Below are positions 63,741 through 64,000 of a stretch of 64,000 bases of DNA, in pieces; position 1 is the first letter of the stretch; every line of letters starts with the position of its first letter. Made by a program: the position numbers and the translations under genes. The stretch is from Anthoceros angustus (taxonomy: Eukaryota > Plantae > Anthocerotophyta): contig MU008187.1 in NCBI GenBank assembly GCA_010909165.1, forward strand, positions 128,247 through 192,246. Reading direction: 5' to 3'. The notes below the pieces were generated by a model. That model did not search any database, had not been told where the DNA came from, and saw only the letters and a program-made list of their open reading frames with translations.

Positions 63741-64000
63741 GTTGAATGAATTGCGGGGCTTCATCCACCAAAGTGCACCAAGATAGTGACGAAGACGGTG
63801 AGGACATCGGCCCTTGGACATGGAAGGTGTCAATTCGGGAGATGAGTGAAAAGATGTATGAAGTGGAGGCAAACATCGGTGGACATCGAGACAAGAGGGT
63901 TTACTCGACCGTCAAGTGTCGACCGCCAAGTTAGGCTCAAAGTGGGAGCTCGCGTTAGTGATAGGGAATCTGGTGCTATCATTCGGTGATGGAAGTTGAA

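Larger units (their letters stand above)
40987..64000. mobile_element. Large Sola/DUF7869-type TIR DNA transposon carrying a ParB-like/DNA-methyltransferase gene; right end outside the window; contains nested insertions
   Basis: Left TIR at 40987. Minus-strand ParB-MTase gene at ~41340-59808, split by the gypsy element. Divergent plus-strand transposase at ~60500-63740. Confidence 0.62.

Noticed and set aside
1-64000. tRNA or rRNA genes
   Set aside because: None recognised; only tRNA-complementary PBS motifs are present.

Overview
This window is eukaryotic DNA from a TE-dense region, most likely a non-seed land plant; the many short 60-130 nt introns suggest a hornwort or lycophyte (inference). 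The only clearly intact host genes are two tandem, minus-strand, ~14-exon carotenoid cleavage dioxygenases of the CCD-like/zaxinone-synthase (ZAS/CCD10) type (18.6-21.8 kb and 24.5-27.7 kb). The rest is nested mobile DNA: three Ty1/copia remnants, a MULE/SWIM transposase, a MULE-TIR element carrying an RPA-like fragment, and a full Athila-like Ty3/gypsy element with ~4.3-kb LTRs that contain their own ORF. The main finding is a large TIR DNA transposon starting at ~40987 and running off the right edge. It has a Sola/DUF7869-type transposase (+ strand, ~60.5-63.7 kb) and a divergently oriented gene fusing a ParB/Srx-like domain to a prokaryote-type beta-class N4C/N6A DNA methyltransferase. That gene only becomes readable after removing the 14.4-kb gypsy insertion, which restores the frame exactly, and a ~330-bp GC-rich insertion. 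A short element with closely related termini lies at 13888-15722. Repeat copies differ mostly by 1-3 nt indels, so many frameshifts may be long-read consensus errors.
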